Positions 11,865 to 25,293 of a stretch of DNA of 64,000 bases are shown here, in pieces. The translations under genes were made by a program, and so were the position numbers. This DNA comes from Selaginella moellendorffii (taxonomy: Eukaryota > Plantae > Lycopodiophyta): NCBI RefSeq assembly GCF_000143415.4, contig NW_003314370.1, positions 276,295 to 340,294 of the forward strand. The letters are read 5' to 3'. The notes beneath the pieces are model-generated. The model made no database searches. It saw nothing but the letters and a program-made list of their open reading frames with translations, and was not told the DNA's origin. Numbering within the stretch: position 1 is the stretch's first letter; each line of letters starts with the position of its first letter.

Positions 11865-13309
11865 ATGGCGTCGAGTGCCGCCGCGGCCAATCCCGGGGTT
11901 TTCAGTGGCGTAAGGACGATTCGATCGTGGAAGCGCCACGGCGAGCGCTTCTTGCACAGGAAGCCGAGTAGGAAGGTGTGCGTGGTCCAGATCGAGAGCA
12001 AAAAGAGGGAGCCGAGGCAATTCTGGATGTCCAGGGATCGATTGGCGCCAGGTATGTGATGAAAGATCGCTCGCGTATTGCAAGGAATTCCTAGTGATTT
12101 TCCATTTGCTCGGTGTGGATGGAAGTTTGAAATTTCTGAGCTTGATCATATGTGGTTGTATTTTTCTGATGCTTTGGATGAGCTTTTAAGCACGTTGAAT
12201 GCGAATGAGTGACTAGCCCTGGATGAAACTTTCAAGCACGATATGAATTTATGCGAATGGAATGGACTGTAGTGATTTCTCTGGTCTCATGAGCTTGGTC
12301 TCATGTGTTGTTTACATCCATTGCTCTCAAGCAGCGACTTTGCTGGCGGACTTCCAGATCCAGCCAGAAAGTGTTGGTTTCCTTACAAGGACGAGTTTAA
12401 CCTGGACGAGCAAACACGCATCAGCAGCGAGATGGTGATCGGAACCTTGGATCCCATGTTTGCGGCCGATCGCAAGCAAAAGTTTGATCAGATCATCGCC
12501 AACAGGACGTTTTCGATTTGTCCGGTGGTCGAAGGCTTGTTCGACATTGGCAACATCTGTGCCGTGTTTAGAACCGCCGAGGCATTTGGACTCCAGTCGG
12601 TACATGTGATCGCTAACAGCGATCAGAAAAGGTGAGTTTCTCTCTGTTATTTTCTTTCTTTGTTCTCACGCGTGTTTTATTCTTGTAGATACAAAGAAGC
12701 TCGCAACATAAGCATGGGTGCCGAGAAATGGCTGGATGTTGAAGTGTGGGAGAACACAAACGAGTGTGTACAAGTGTTACGGAAGCGAGGATATCGGATT
12801 GCTGTGACTGACATGGGGGCGGACACGGTAAGCTTGAGAAAGCTCGTCAATCTATTCTATACGTTTTAACAGGTACCTATACACGAGCTGGACTGGACGA
12901 TTCCAACAGCAGTGATCTTTGGAAACGAGCACAAGTATGGAAAGAAAGTGGTATTTGTTTTTCTTTCTTAATCGGTGAACGTTTTTGAGCAGTGGAACAA
13001 GCGAAGAAGCTCTTGCATTGGCGGATGTGAAGTGCCATATTCCGATGGTAGGAATGGTCGACTCATTTAACGTCTCTGTTGCGGCGGGGATCCTCATGTA
13101 TCACGTCGTGGGCGACCGGCTTGAAAGAACTGTAAGTGGTTCCAAACTAGCTTTTGCTTGCATCGGTCTTACAGCTCTTGCAGGGAATTCACGGCGATTT
13201 GAGCTCCGAGGAGCAGCAAATCCTTCGTGCCGAGTTCTACCTTCGAAACAAGCGCAACGTGAAGGATGTGGTGAACCACCTGCTTAAGAAAGAGCTCGTC
13301 TTGACTTAA
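11865..13309 (+). CDS. SpoU/TrmH-family tRNA/rRNA 2'-O-methyltransferase, probably organellar
   Basis: VVEGLFDIGNICAVFRTAEAFG, SMGAEKWL, IFGNE and IPMVGMVDSFNVSVAAGILMY SPOUT motifs across about 6 exons; Ala/Ser/Arg-rich N-terminus. Confidence 0.9.
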
Positions 13310-13391
13310 CACATCCGAAAGGGATGCCAATTCATTCAGGGAAAACAGTGAATACAAAACAAAATGGAAACTTTGCTCAATACTTGCATAC

Positions 13392-16300
13392 CTATACCGT
13401 GTAGTTTTGCTGGACTGCGAGATCATCCAGACCTTTCAACTTAGCGACTGCTTCGACATGCGCTTTAACCACGTGAAGGTCTTTCAATCTGTCACAGACA
13501 AAAAGATCAGTGAACTTAAAGATAACTTTAAAGCTACACGAGAAGAGCATATAACTTAAGGAAACAAAGAAACAAAGCACGAGAGGAAAACCAACCTCGC
13601 AATCTCGGCTCTCTTCATGGCTTTTTCCGCAAGATCGGCAGGCCCAGCAACACCAGCAGCCCCTGACTGAGATAGCCTTTGCGTCATTGGAGCCGCGGCA
13701 TGGCCAGATATAACAGCCCATTGAGCTTGCCGCGCCTCACGGCCATAGTTCTTCTGACGAGTGAAAGCGATCTTCCTCTCCGTGAGAAGGTCCCACATTG
13801 CTCCACTCAAGATGTATCTCACCAAAAACTTGATAAGATCCAAAGGGAAGTACCAGACGACGCTGCAAAGCAATGAGACGAAGTTAGACACGAAGAAAAC
13901 AAGGAAGAACTACGCTTGCGAGCTTTACCTGTACAACCATACCACTCCGGCCCAGCCCCAGCCGCAGCCTTTGATTCCTGCAAATCCCCAGTCGGCATAA
14001 ACTGCGATCAGCGTCGCCACCAGCTGAGCAACAAGGAAGGCGACGATCAGCATCGCCCCGGGTCTCTCCAAAAACGAGAAGCTCCGCGACCGAGTGACGA
14101 AGATGAGTGCCTGACTGATCACGCTGACTTGCAGATAGATCACAGCGGTTTCCTGTTTGACGTGGCCCGAGATCAACCTCACCGAGAAGTGGTCTTGGAA
14201 GAAGTTCGTCTCGTGTATGAGCCAGTAGAAAAGGACGGACATCAGTCCGAGGTAGGTCCCGAGGCACGAACCGAGCACAAACAACTCCGGGAGCTTCCAA
14301 CTGTCTGGTTCCATGGATGGTTTCACTCTATCCTGCAAAAAAGTGAAGTTAGACCGAGCAACAGAGTCCAGCACGGGGATTAATTACCTTGCGACATTAT
14401 TAGCTTGGAATTAACGGGTGGAGCGATTCCAGAACGTACTTTCGAGATTGTCATGATGGTGCCGTCGTTGAGGATGGCTATGATAAGCGTCATGAACGGG
14501 GAAAACTTGAACTTCCAGATCAGCGCCATGAGCAAGAAACCGAGGACGATACGAATGGTGATTGAGATGGCGTAGATGGTGTAGTTCTTCATGCGCTGGA
14601 AGATGCAGCGGGACGTCAAGATAGCATGGATGATGACGCTCAAGCCTGCAAGCCACATTTTGTTAACAAAGGATCGAAAGAAGAAAAACAAAGAACTTAC
14701 CAGGGAGTGTCAAGACAATATCAGCGGCGTTACGAGCAGCATCCGTCGCGTCGGCAACAGCAATCCCGATATCAGCTCTTTTCAGAGCAGGAGCATCGTT
14801 CACTCCATCGCCTGTCATGCCGCAGATGTGTTTTGCTTCCTGTAACTTCTTGACGATGTTATACTTGTGCTCTGGAAAGACCCCTGCAAACCCGTCTGCG
14901 TGCTCTATGAGCTCCCCTTCGTCCGCACTGGCCAAGCTTGGGTCACGTCCAGCCCCGCCGGGAAATAATGCAGTGACTGGATACATGTTGGTTCCCATGC
15001 CCAGCCTTCTCCCAGTTTCTTTGGCAATAGCTAGCTGATCTCCGGTTATCATCTTCACGTTCACTCCAAGCTCTAGAGCTCGCTTCACTGTGTCTGCGGT
15101 ATCGTGGCGGGGCGGATCGAAGAGTGGAACGAGGCCCAGCATGTCCCAGTCGCCACCTGGACTATCCTTATCGTTGTCTGGAACAGTCTGCTAAAGACGG
15201 TGTTAAAAGGTGGTGGATTTGTGAGAACTATCAGCGTACCTGCGTCGCCACAGCCAGAGTTCTCAAGCCCCTCTCCGCGAACTTCTCAATGATATCATGC
15301 ACCCGGCGTCCAATTTGTTCTTTGTTGTAGGCCAAGTCGAGAATCTGCTCGGGAGCACCCTTGGATGCACGATGCATTTGCCCTTGCGTGTCCAGGTAAG
15401 TCATTTGAGTACGCTTATCAGTTGGATTGAATGGCATGAAGTGTATCTCTTGAATTCCTTCCCTTGCTTCTTTTGGATCTCCAAGCATGTTTACAATGGC
15501 GAGGTCGATAGCATCCTGCAAAACAGCATCTTTATAGCACCCTGAAAACTTCTAATCCGAGTATAAGTTACCTGGTTCTCCACGCGAGAAGCTCTCGACG
15601 CATGAAGTAAGATCGTATCTTTGTCCGCCTTATCCGAAAAGATCTCTATGAGATTCTTGTCAACTGTAAGCCTGTTCAACGTCAGAGTTCCTGTTTTGTC
15701 CGAGCACAAGATATCCATCCCCGCCATCTCTTCAATAGCCGTCATCCTTTTAACTATCGCTCCCTGCTTAGCCAGCCCGTGGGATCCTACAGCCATTGTG
15801 ATGGAGAGCACAGTTGGCATGGCGATCGGTATCCCTCCTATTAGCAGAACCAGCAGCGCATCGATTCCATCCCTGTACTTCCAGTGCTGGCACGGGTACA
15901 TGACTATAATCTCGATGATCATCCCCAGCGCTATCGAGACGATGCAAAAGCTTCCAATTCTCGTAAGAACCTTTTGAAAGTGTCCCATTCGCTGAGTGCT
16001 GTCTACGAGGTGTGCTGCTTTCCCAAAAAACGTGCTCACACCAGTTGCAATCACCACTGCTTCGATCTCCCCCTGCTTACAAATGGAACCCGAGAAAACT
16101 TCGTCACCTTGTCTCTTGGTCACTGCCACGGATTCACCTGTGAGAGCGGACTGATCGATCGAAAGAGGGTCTCCTTCCAGCAGGCGGCAGTCAGCTGGAA
16201 TGATATCACCAAGCTTGATAGTTATGATATCTCCGGGAACGAGGATGGAGGCGTCCTCTTCCTCGTACTTCCCATCTCTTAGAACTTTAGCTTTAAGTGC

Positions 16301-16753
16301 CAGTGCCTGCATCAAAGCCGCGGCGGCCTGCCCAGCGTTTTGCTCTTCGATATAGCTCACGGTCGAGTTGATGAAGAGAAGAACAACGATTCCTACAAAG
16401 TCCTGCCAGTCGGGCGGCCTTCCGTCTCCATTGGCCAGGATGATAGCCATCAAAGCCGCGATCTCCATCACCCAAGACAGTGGATTCCACATAAAAGTGA
16501 GGAACTTAAGCAGTAAATTCTCCTTCTTCTCCTCCAACTTGTTGGGACCAACGAGCTTGAGCCTGATCTCAGCTTCCACCGTGCTAAGCCCATCCCTGGT
16601 GCACTTAAGCTTCTGGAAAACCTCCTCCAATGGAATGTGCTCCAAATCAGCACTACTGTCCTGTGAGAATTCCCCGCTCGCCCTATTGTCCGCTGTTCTA
16701 GTCTCCTCGTCGATGGCGTCATGATAGAACTCGCGGCTCTCGATCCTGGCCAT
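13392..16753 (-). CDS. AHA: Plasma-membrane H+-ATPase (P3A), penultimate-Thr type, 7 exons
   Basis: [36 protein letters not shown] and ILNDG motifs; C-terminal R domain ending QQNYTV*. Confidence 0.97.
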
Positions 16754-17363
16754 TGGAGATTGCCGCGCTCACATTTTGGAAAACCCTAGCGGCGCATTGC
16801 CTACTCCGGAGAAGCCATCGGAAGATCTGAAACGCGTGATCCCTGACTCACCGTCATTGCCGATCGCGCTCCATCGCCATCGCCACCGCCAAGCGAGATT
16901 TCATGCCTGACACTAACTGTGACCTGGCAAATCTAGCCCGTTAATTTTGAAACCCAGTCGATCCTAGCCGCGAAGATCGGGACCGTCCGTGGGCAGGGTT
17001 CTCTCAATCATCCATTTTAAGAAAAATCTGACGTGGGATTTAGATCTGAACGCTTTTGTACGGCAGACAGTATGACCAGGAACTCAAAACTCGATCGGCG
17101 GGTAACTAGAATGCTGTGGCCATTTGGACACGGCCTTCCCGCTTCCCGCCATGTACGGATGGCCCAATCAAAATGACGGGCGATTTGAAATAAATGACGG
17201 GGTCTTGACGGTTTCCCATTTTTGATAAAACAAGGAGCGAAGAAAGACGAGGGTTTGCGCAGTGGTGGGAAGAAGTCATTTTAGGGTTGATGGAGCGGCT
17301 GTGAGGGCGCTCCAGCGAGCAGCCGCGACGGGGGGCGCGCCGCGCGCGCATTATCGGTGAGGT
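16754..17363. promoter_or_regulatory. Divergent intergenic/promoter region between H+-ATPase and PDS5
   Basis: 610 bp between divergent ATGs. Telo-boxes (AAACCCTA ~16781, TTAGGGTT ~17281), site II-like GGCCCA at 17161, tandem E2F-like TTCCCGC at 17136-17149. Confidence 0.45.
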
Positions 17364-20300
17364 ATGGCGGCCACAGTGGACACGAAAAAGATCGTTCAAT
17401 TGGGGAAGAGGCTCGGCGAGCTCCAGCTTCCCTCTTCCAAGGATGCGCTGCTCAAGCTTCTCAAGGTGAGTGCTCTTGCTCCGCGCCGGCGGCGGCCTTC
17501 TTGCTGGGTTTTAGGTCTAGCGCGGGCGTCGCTCACGAAATTCCGTGCGTCCCTTGCAGCAACTCTCGGCGCTGCTGCCTAATGTCGATCAATCCGCCTC
17601 AGAGGAGACGCGGCGGGCTCTGGCTCCTTGCAAGGATGCGCTGGTGAGAGCGGAGCTGCTACATCACAAGGATAAGGAGGTGAAATTGTTTGTGGCGACA
17701 TGCGCTAGCGAGATTTTGAGAATTGAGGCTCCTGATCTTCCTTACAACGATGATGTCCTTAAGGTATTTGAGGTCTTGTTGTGCCTTGAGAGCTACATAT
17801 CTCATGTCTTTCCTTTTTTTTTCTTTCCAGGATCTGTTTGAGCTCATTGTCAACACGTTCAAAGGACTCAGTGACATGCAAAGCCCATTATACCAAAAAC
17901 GGGTACACATACTGGAGACGGTGTCTGCCATCAAGTCCTGTCTGCTATTGCTGGATATTGACAATTGCGACGATGTGATTCTGGATATGTTCAAAACTCT
18001 CTTTCAGGAAGCCAGGTTTGTTTTTCTTTCTTTTCTGCGAGGCAAATTTATCGCTCGTTCGCAGGGATGATCATCCGTCTAATATCCTTAGCGCGATGCT
18101 GAACATCATGGCTTTGCTCGTGAAGGACAGTGATAACTACCCGAGGCCTTTGGTAATGGAGATTGTTTCAAATCTCGTGAAGAGCAAAAAGGTAAACGAC
18201 AATTTTCGTTGTTTTATAATTTGAAATTTCTCAAACTTCATGTCTACAGACATCTGCCGCTGCGAGCAAGGTGGCTTCGGAAGTTATTCGAGAAAATGCA
18301 CAAGAACTGGAGCCTAATGTGATTGGACTGTTGAATACAGTTCATGAGCAATCAGCTGATCCTTGGTTACAACAAAATTACTACGAAGTCCTATTTGAAA
18401 TCCATCGCTGTGCTCCCAAGATGTTCCTGGCATATGCACCGACCATTGTGGAAGGTCTTGTGGTATGTCATATTGCACTTGTATAACGTTAATGATTCGA
18501 TTTCATTTTTATGCAGAACGGGGATGAAACTATACGAGTGAAAACAGTTGAACTTCTTGGAAGAGTTTTTAGCTCCCAGGGTCAGGCTGTCGACAAACAG
18601 CTTGTTTCAGAGTTCATCAAGAGAATCACTGACAAGTCTCTGAACGTAAGAGTGGCAACAATGCAGTCTGCAAGGGATTGCTTTGACTCTCTTGGTGCGG
18701 ATGCTAAGGAGATCATAGGTGAAACACTAATTCTCGCAATATTTCTGTATTGACCTGTTTCTCTTTGCAGAAAAACTTGAGGATAGAGTACAAGATACCC
18801 ATGATCAAGGAAGGATGAAAGCTGTGACAGTGATCTGTGATATCGCCAAAACAAATCTTGAATCTGTCCCAATGAAAGTACTTCACACGGTTGCAGATAG
18901 GCTGCGAGATACAAAGGTATTTATAGTCTCAAAGTTCAAAAACTAATACGATGTCATGCAGGCAGGCACTAGGAATTTGGCTATGCAGAAACTTACCAAT
19001 GTCTACGCTACACACTGTGGCACTCCGGAATCTGAAAAGCTTGAGTGGATTCCCATTAAAATTTTGAAGTGCGTAAATCTCAAGGAGTTCAGGTATTTTT
19101 TCTGCTTGTTTTCTCTCTCGCATCGGTTTCCTTTTCATCCAATTATTTCCCGCAGACCTCATGGCATTGAATTAGCTTTTAGTGAAGAACTTTTTTTACC
19201 TGAACTTCCAGTCAGTGAGAGAACGAAGCATTGGATTGCGATGTTTTCTCAGTTTGAGGGTAACGATGTCAAAGGTTTGGAACGGGTTCTCAGTGCGAAG
19301 CAAAGGTACGCGTTTTTTCGTTTTTCTCTTGCAGTTTTCACATTGGCCGATTTCTCTTTGTAGGTTTCAGCTGGAAATGAAGGAATACTTACATCTACGT
19401 CAGGATCTGAAGGTACTAGTTTCTACCTTTATCTAATGTTCTGACGTTTCGTGGTTTTAGGAGGAAAACGCTCCTGAGCTCGAAAAGAAGTTGCAGGACC
19501 GCTTCAAATCTATGGCAGAGACGTTTGATGAAAAGGCTGAGGAAAGTCTTGCAAAACTTCATCAGATGAAGGATAATTCGATTTTTAAAAGATTGCTGAC
19601 CTTGCTGGAGCCAAGTACACCATATAGTGTTTCACGCTCTATCTGCGTAAGGCGAAAGTAGGCTATTAGTCCCGTTCTGATGATCTGGTTTCTGTCTGTA
19701 GGATGATTTACTGAGCACAATCGGTGTCAAGCATCCACAATATGAATTCCTGCGGCTTCTGGCAGTACGATGTTCGTTTTTACTATTCGGACGAGAGCAC
19801 GTTGCCGCAGTATTAGACGAGTATGAGACTTTCAAAGATTCTGGAAACAAAAATGCTGTTTCTTCGTGCATGAATTTGCTTCTGGTAAAGTCTTTATTTG
19901 AGAATTTATTTTCATTGTTTTGTCTAACTTGCTTGAGTTATATACAGGTTTTTTCCCGATATTTTCCTGAACTGATGGACGGTGTCCAAGATAAGATTTT
20001 CAATCTTCTTAAAGACAGCGAGGATGATGCCGTTAAGAACGCTGCACTTCAAATTATTTCCAGATCCGGTCACTGCTTGCGGGAGAAAATCGTGGACTCC
20101 AGAAGGTAAGGTTCAGTCAGATAGAGTTTGGAACTCATTTTGTTTGCAGTTCCATTGATTTGACTCTCGAGACGTTTTGCTTGGAGGGTACACGTGAGCT
20201 TGCCAAGAATGCAATATCTGCCATTACGGCTTTGTCATCGGATGCTGGGCTTAAAGCGTTATCGGTTCTGTATGGGGTATGTAGCTTCGATCGGTAGCAT

Positions 20301-23300
20301 TTTGTTTTTCTAATTCTCTTTACTTTTAGCATCTATTAAAAGCCATGGAGAGTAAAGCGCATCTTCCAACTGTTTTACAATCTTTGGGTTGTATAGCTCA
20401 AACTGCAATGCCGGTGTTTGAGACTAGGGAGTCCGACGTCGTTCAATATGTTTTAAAAGATCTACTTCCCAGAGAACGGTCCGAGGTCCTAAGTTTTAGC
20501 GATATTTTTGTTGTTCCCGTTTTCTAATATTTCTCATTGTAGGATTCAACTAAATCAGATTGGGACAGCAGGAGTGAGGAATGCATGCTGAAGGTGCGTA
20601 TTATATTTTTACGTAGATTGTCGTTTTCTAAGTGTTCTATCTTAATTCGCAGATATATGGTCTCAAGGCATTGATTAAAAGCTACCTCCCAAATAAAGAT
20701 GCAAATTTGCGTCAAAGCTCGTTAAAAACTATCCAACCGGTTTTGTTGAATCTTCTTAGATTCGGATCAATCAACGAGGAGTCGAAGTCGAGGTTTACTG
20801 CACGACGCGCTTTTCTTTGGCTGCTAATTCTATTATCTTTTTCAGTGACATTGATAAGGCACACATGCGGCTTGCAGCTGCTAAAGCTTTTTTGCGTCTT
20901 TCTCGAATCTGGGACAAAGAAATCCCTGCTGCCACTTCTCGGTTTATAATGATGACAGCGCAGGTAAATTTCTGATTGGCTATCACCTTACTCACTGTCA
21001 TTGCCACAGGATCCAGTTTTTGATGTACGCCAGAAGTTTTTACTGAAAACCCATCAGTACTTGAAACTTCAACGGTTGCCTCACAAATACGCCATCGTGT
21101 ATCCTTTGTACTCGGTGGATTCAAGAAAAGATATCGTACAGGAGGTAATGTGTAACATAAATATTTTATAGGCTTTTGAATTCTTGTTTCTAGGCTCAAC
21201 GTTACATGACTGACTTTATCGACAATACTCGTCGCAATGTCGCTCGTCTCAAGAGCAGTGAAGGTCTAAACGTCCATCCAGAATACCACTTGACGTCCTT
21301 GATTCACGTTCTCGCTCATCATCCACAATTTCCGGATCTGTCCTCGTCTGAGACCGCTCCATATGAACCTTTCTACAAGTATGGTTTGATAATCAGTGTG
21401 TTGACTTCTCACACCAAGCTGCAGGCAGATTTACTCGTACATTCATGCATTGCTTGGGCAAGAGACGGATGTGAAAAGAGAAGAAAATAATTTGGCTGCG
21501 GTTCTGGAAATATTTCGTCGTATAAAAAACACGGAGGATGCAAATGTTCCAGCGGCAACTCAGGTATTCGCGTCATTGCATATTCACTGATAGAGATTAC
21601 TTGCAAATCTTATGTAGAACCTGTACGCTCTTTGCGACATCGGTCTCCACATAGCGAAGGACTTGTCGAAACGTTCACCGGAGCCTTACAAGGGAGATGT
21701 ACGTCTGCCTTCAAACCTGTATAAACCCGTTGATGAAGACAGCTTAAAGGTTGGTACAAGCGGTTTTTGTGATTACTTATCAATTGCTCTATACTTCTAA
21801 CAGGAGGATGGCAGCAATATGCCGTCGGCCTTGACATCGACTGTACTGAATCGTTTTCGATCTTCAATGCCCAAAGGAGCTCAGGTTAAACCTTCGATTG
21901 TTCTTTACAGCATCTCATGGCTCTTTTTCATGTTTGGAAAACCAGCGGGGACAGAAAAGAGCAGAAGGATCAGATGACGACGAGGATGAGGATCCCTTAC
22001 CACGGAAAAGCGGTTCTGCTGAAACTAAGAAGGGTAAAGGAAAGACTCCGGCCCGCAAAGGTAAGGAGAAGGAAGCGGAAAGCATGTCAGAAGACGACGG
22101 TGACGATGCTCCCAAGAGAAAACGGGGAAGGCCAACTAAAGAAAAGCAACAGGAAGACACTCCTGGACAGAAAAAGAGAGGGAGGCCAGCCAAAAAGCAA
22201 AAGGTGGAGGTAGACTCTCCTGCTACATCTGCGGATGCCAAAGGCCAGACTCCGAAGTCTAGTGCCAAGAAGGAAAAAGAGAAGGAGAAACAGAAGGTAA
22301 ATAGTGAAGTCGTTGCACTGAGAGTTCTAACTGTGGGTTTTATGAACTTAAAAACTCAGGATGATGGTGCTAGCACCACAAAACGGAAAAAGCAAGCTTC
22401 TCATAAGGTACTTTTCTTTTACAAGGGATAGCTTGAGTTGACATGTAACTTATCAATAGCCCGGCAAAAGTGAAAGCGAGGAAAAAGAACCCGAACCCCA
22501 TCTAGGCCGAAGGGTCAAGGTGTGGTGGCCAGACGATAAGAAGTAAGTTAGGCGAAGTTGATGTCCTGTAATGCTTATGGATCGTGTTCAGGTATTACCG
22601 TGGAGTTGTGAAGTCGTATGATGCGAAAAGAAAGAGACACCACGTAAGTGATTAAAGGAGATTCACCATGTCTAACTTTTCTCCCGTTTGTATGTAGGTG
22701 TCCTATGACGATGGTGATAGAGAGACGCTGGACATGAGTAAAGAGCGTTGGCATTACGTAGATGGGAAGGAGAAGGAGGTAACGCATGATTTTGGTTCCG
22801 TCCGGGAATGACTAACGATTTTTTTTCTTAATTGCTTTTGTTTTTTCTCTTGTAGGACACCTCTCCATCGCCGCCACCTAGGGAGTATGTAGACGTTTCC
22901 ATGCGCTGTGAAAAGCTAACCGTGTGCCTTTAACTACAGGCAAGCGAAGGCGAAGAAGAGGACGAGCGAAGGGAGCTCCCAGAAGTAAAGCCGCGTGTTG
23001 ATCGTTAAGAGTTTCTCATCGTCTGGCATTTCGCAGGAAACCGAAGGGCAAGAAACGGACGCGTGATAGTGACGACGAACACCACCAATCTGAGAACGAG
23101 AAAAGACCAAAAGGTGGGATTTTTCTACTCTTCCTTTGTTTTTAACACCGGGCTGGACTGTGTAGTGAATGGGAGCAACGCAGCAGTAGTAAATGGAACT
23201 GCGGAAGCCGAGAGTTCACAAAGGGATGCGCTGGGAGACACGGATGATGACGAGCCTCTTGTAAGATCTCCAAATATTTCCTAGCTCACGATTCTTATGA

Positions 23301-23392
23301 TCTCTTTTCTCGCTTGTCTCTAGGATTCTTACCGCAGGCGAATGAAGAAACACGATCGGCAGCAGCAGGACAAGGTTGCGGCCGCTGTGTAG
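17364..23392 (+). CDS. PDS5: Sister chromatid cohesion protein PDS5 (HEAT repeats, AT-hooks, Tudor domain), many small exons
   Basis: N-terminal LLHHKDKEVKLFVATCASEILRIEAPDLPYNDDVLK, WIPIKIL, HPEYHL..LIHVLAHHP, KRKRGRP/KKRGRP AT-hooks, Tudor GRRVKVWWPDDK..Y.G.V.SYD...YDDGD. Predicted stop TAG at 23390-23392. Confidence 0.93.
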
Positions 23393-23878
23393 AGATCCAG
23401 AATGGATGAGAGAGAGCTCGAGGCGAAAATAAGGCCCTCCAAAAATTTGTATAATCACCCCACCATTTTACTCTAGAAAAGTAGAAAGCAAATGGCTTGC
23501 ACGATTTCTTTCTAGGTTTTAATGTTAAATTGTCGTTTTAGTATAATTAGTGAAGTTTAAACTGTATTTACACAATAAATATAAAGGTAGAAGATCACAA
23601 CCGTTCGATTAAAGAAATCTTTTATAATATATTCTTGAAATTACTTCTATGTCATTAATGCTAATCAAAATTGATAAACCTAAGAAGTTTTACAGTGTGA
23701 ACACCTAGAGGTCTACTTTATCCTGCGGGTCCCGTTTACAAGCTGGCTACGAAAGCTCCCGCGCGTCGCATATCCTTCGTATCCCCGCGTCCAAGTTATA
23801 TACCACCACAACCAAGACCTTTGGAGGCTACTCTCCTCCCAATCCCCAGTCCCCAACTCCGAAAGAAATTCACGCGCC

Positions 23879-24574
23879 ATGTCTCCTCTCCAAATGTCCT
23901 CCTCCGCTCCAACTCCAGTCGCAATGGCAGCAGCAGCAGTGATGCTCCTCCTCGTAGCACTTGCATTCTCGCCCAGCACCACAAATGCCTACGATAGTGA
24001 TCCCCTCCAGGACACCTGCGTCGCCGACCTCACCTCCAAGCTCTCCGTCAATGGATACCCTTGCAAGACATCCCCTCCCAGCGCCGCCGACTTCGTCTTC
24101 AAGGGCCTCGCCACCCCGGCCAGCACCAACAACGCCAATGGCCTGGGGGCCGTGTTTGGGGTCGTCCAGGCCTTCCCGGCTCTCAACACGCTCGGCCTGT
24201 CCATCGCGCGCCTGGATTTCGCCAAGGGAGGCCTCGTCCCGCCGCACACGCACCCGCGCGCGTCCGAGCTCTTCCACGTCCTCGAGGGAACCATCTACGC
24301 CGGGTTCATCACCACGGACAACAAGTTGTATGCCGCTACGGTCAACAAGGGCGAGGTGATGGCGTTTCCGAAGGGGCTCATCCACTTCCAGGTGAATGCC
24401 GGGAATTCCACGGCTTTGGCGTTTGCGAGCTTGAGCAGCCAGTCGCCCGGATTCCAGCTCGTTGCGAGCGCGCTGCTGGGCAGTGGCATCCCGGACTTCG
24501 TGCTCTCCAAGACTCTGTTTGTGGGTACCAATGTCGTGGACAAGCTCAAGGCTCCATTTGTTCCAAAGAAGTGA
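23879..24574 (+). CDS. Germin-like protein (cupin, ABP19-like), intronless
   Basis: Signal peptide, QDTCVAD box A, G..PPHTHPRASE box B, FPKGLIHFQVN box C. The true start may be a downstream Met. Confidence 0.95.
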   Translation: MSPLQMSSSAPTPVAMAAAAVMLLLVALAFSPSTTNAYDSDPLQDTCVADLTSKLSVNGYPCKTSPPSAADFVFKGLATPASTNNANGLGAVFGVVQAFPALNTLGLSIARLDFAKGGLVPPHTHPRASELFHVLEGTIYAGFITTDNKLYAATVNKGEVMAFPKGLIHFQVNAGNSTALAFASLSSQSPGFQLVASALLGSGIPDFVLSKTLFVGTNVVDKLKAPFVPKK

Positions 24575-25190
24575 GTTCTTCCATTGAGGAGTGTAATATA
24601 TATGTATGTTATTCCGCTTTTGATTCACATTGGAGTAGAAGAGATAAAACTTGGAGGTGGAGAACAGGAACTTCCTGTTTTCTTTGTAACGAGCTTGTCC
24701 ATCCATTGCCATATCTATGTCATGAACTGAAATTATTTGAGATATGAGTATTCTCGTGAAGATTTGGCTCCAAGCGTCAGCTACCTTTTTACAGTCATTG
24801 TAAGGAGTTAAGGCTGTCGAGGACCACCTAGGAAAAAGCTTGGTGTACGTGTTGGCATGTAGACTGGAGCCAATTGAACGAAATAGAGGGGAATGTTCGA
24901 TTGATAAAGTGAAATACTGACTAGGCACAATTGTTTTTTGTTTTTTATATTTTCCCGTTATAAGATATATACTGGATATTCTAGAATATTCTACCATCTT
25001 GTATTTATAACTTTTAGACATGTTTATAATTTAAAAGCTAGTTTCAAATGAAAATTAAACCAGATGTTACTGTAGTCTAAAATATTTTCAATATTGGACA
25101 GTTAATTTTACAAGAGTTTGAAATATAATTTCTATGGTAATACATGTATTACATGTACATGGACTTCTCATCTCGATCTTACTACCTCCG

Positions 25191-25293
25191 TGTCATCAAC
25201 TTCTCATCTTCCAAAGGGGAGTATGGTATAATGTTTGTAAATATAGATGAGATATGAGAAGTTATATAGATGAGATATGAGAAGTTGATGACA
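25191..25293. repeat. 17-bp perfect inverted repeat enclosing a short tandem duplication in an AT-rich spacer
   Basis: TGTCATCAACTTCTCAT (25191-25207) versus ATGAGAAGTTGATGACA (25277-25293); ATATAGATGAGATATGAGAAGTT occurs twice. Confidence 0.7.

Noticed and set aside
23870-25021. 383-aa minus-strand ORF
   Set aside because: Antisense shadow of the GC-rich germin CDS extended into AT-rich sequence; no recognisable motifs.
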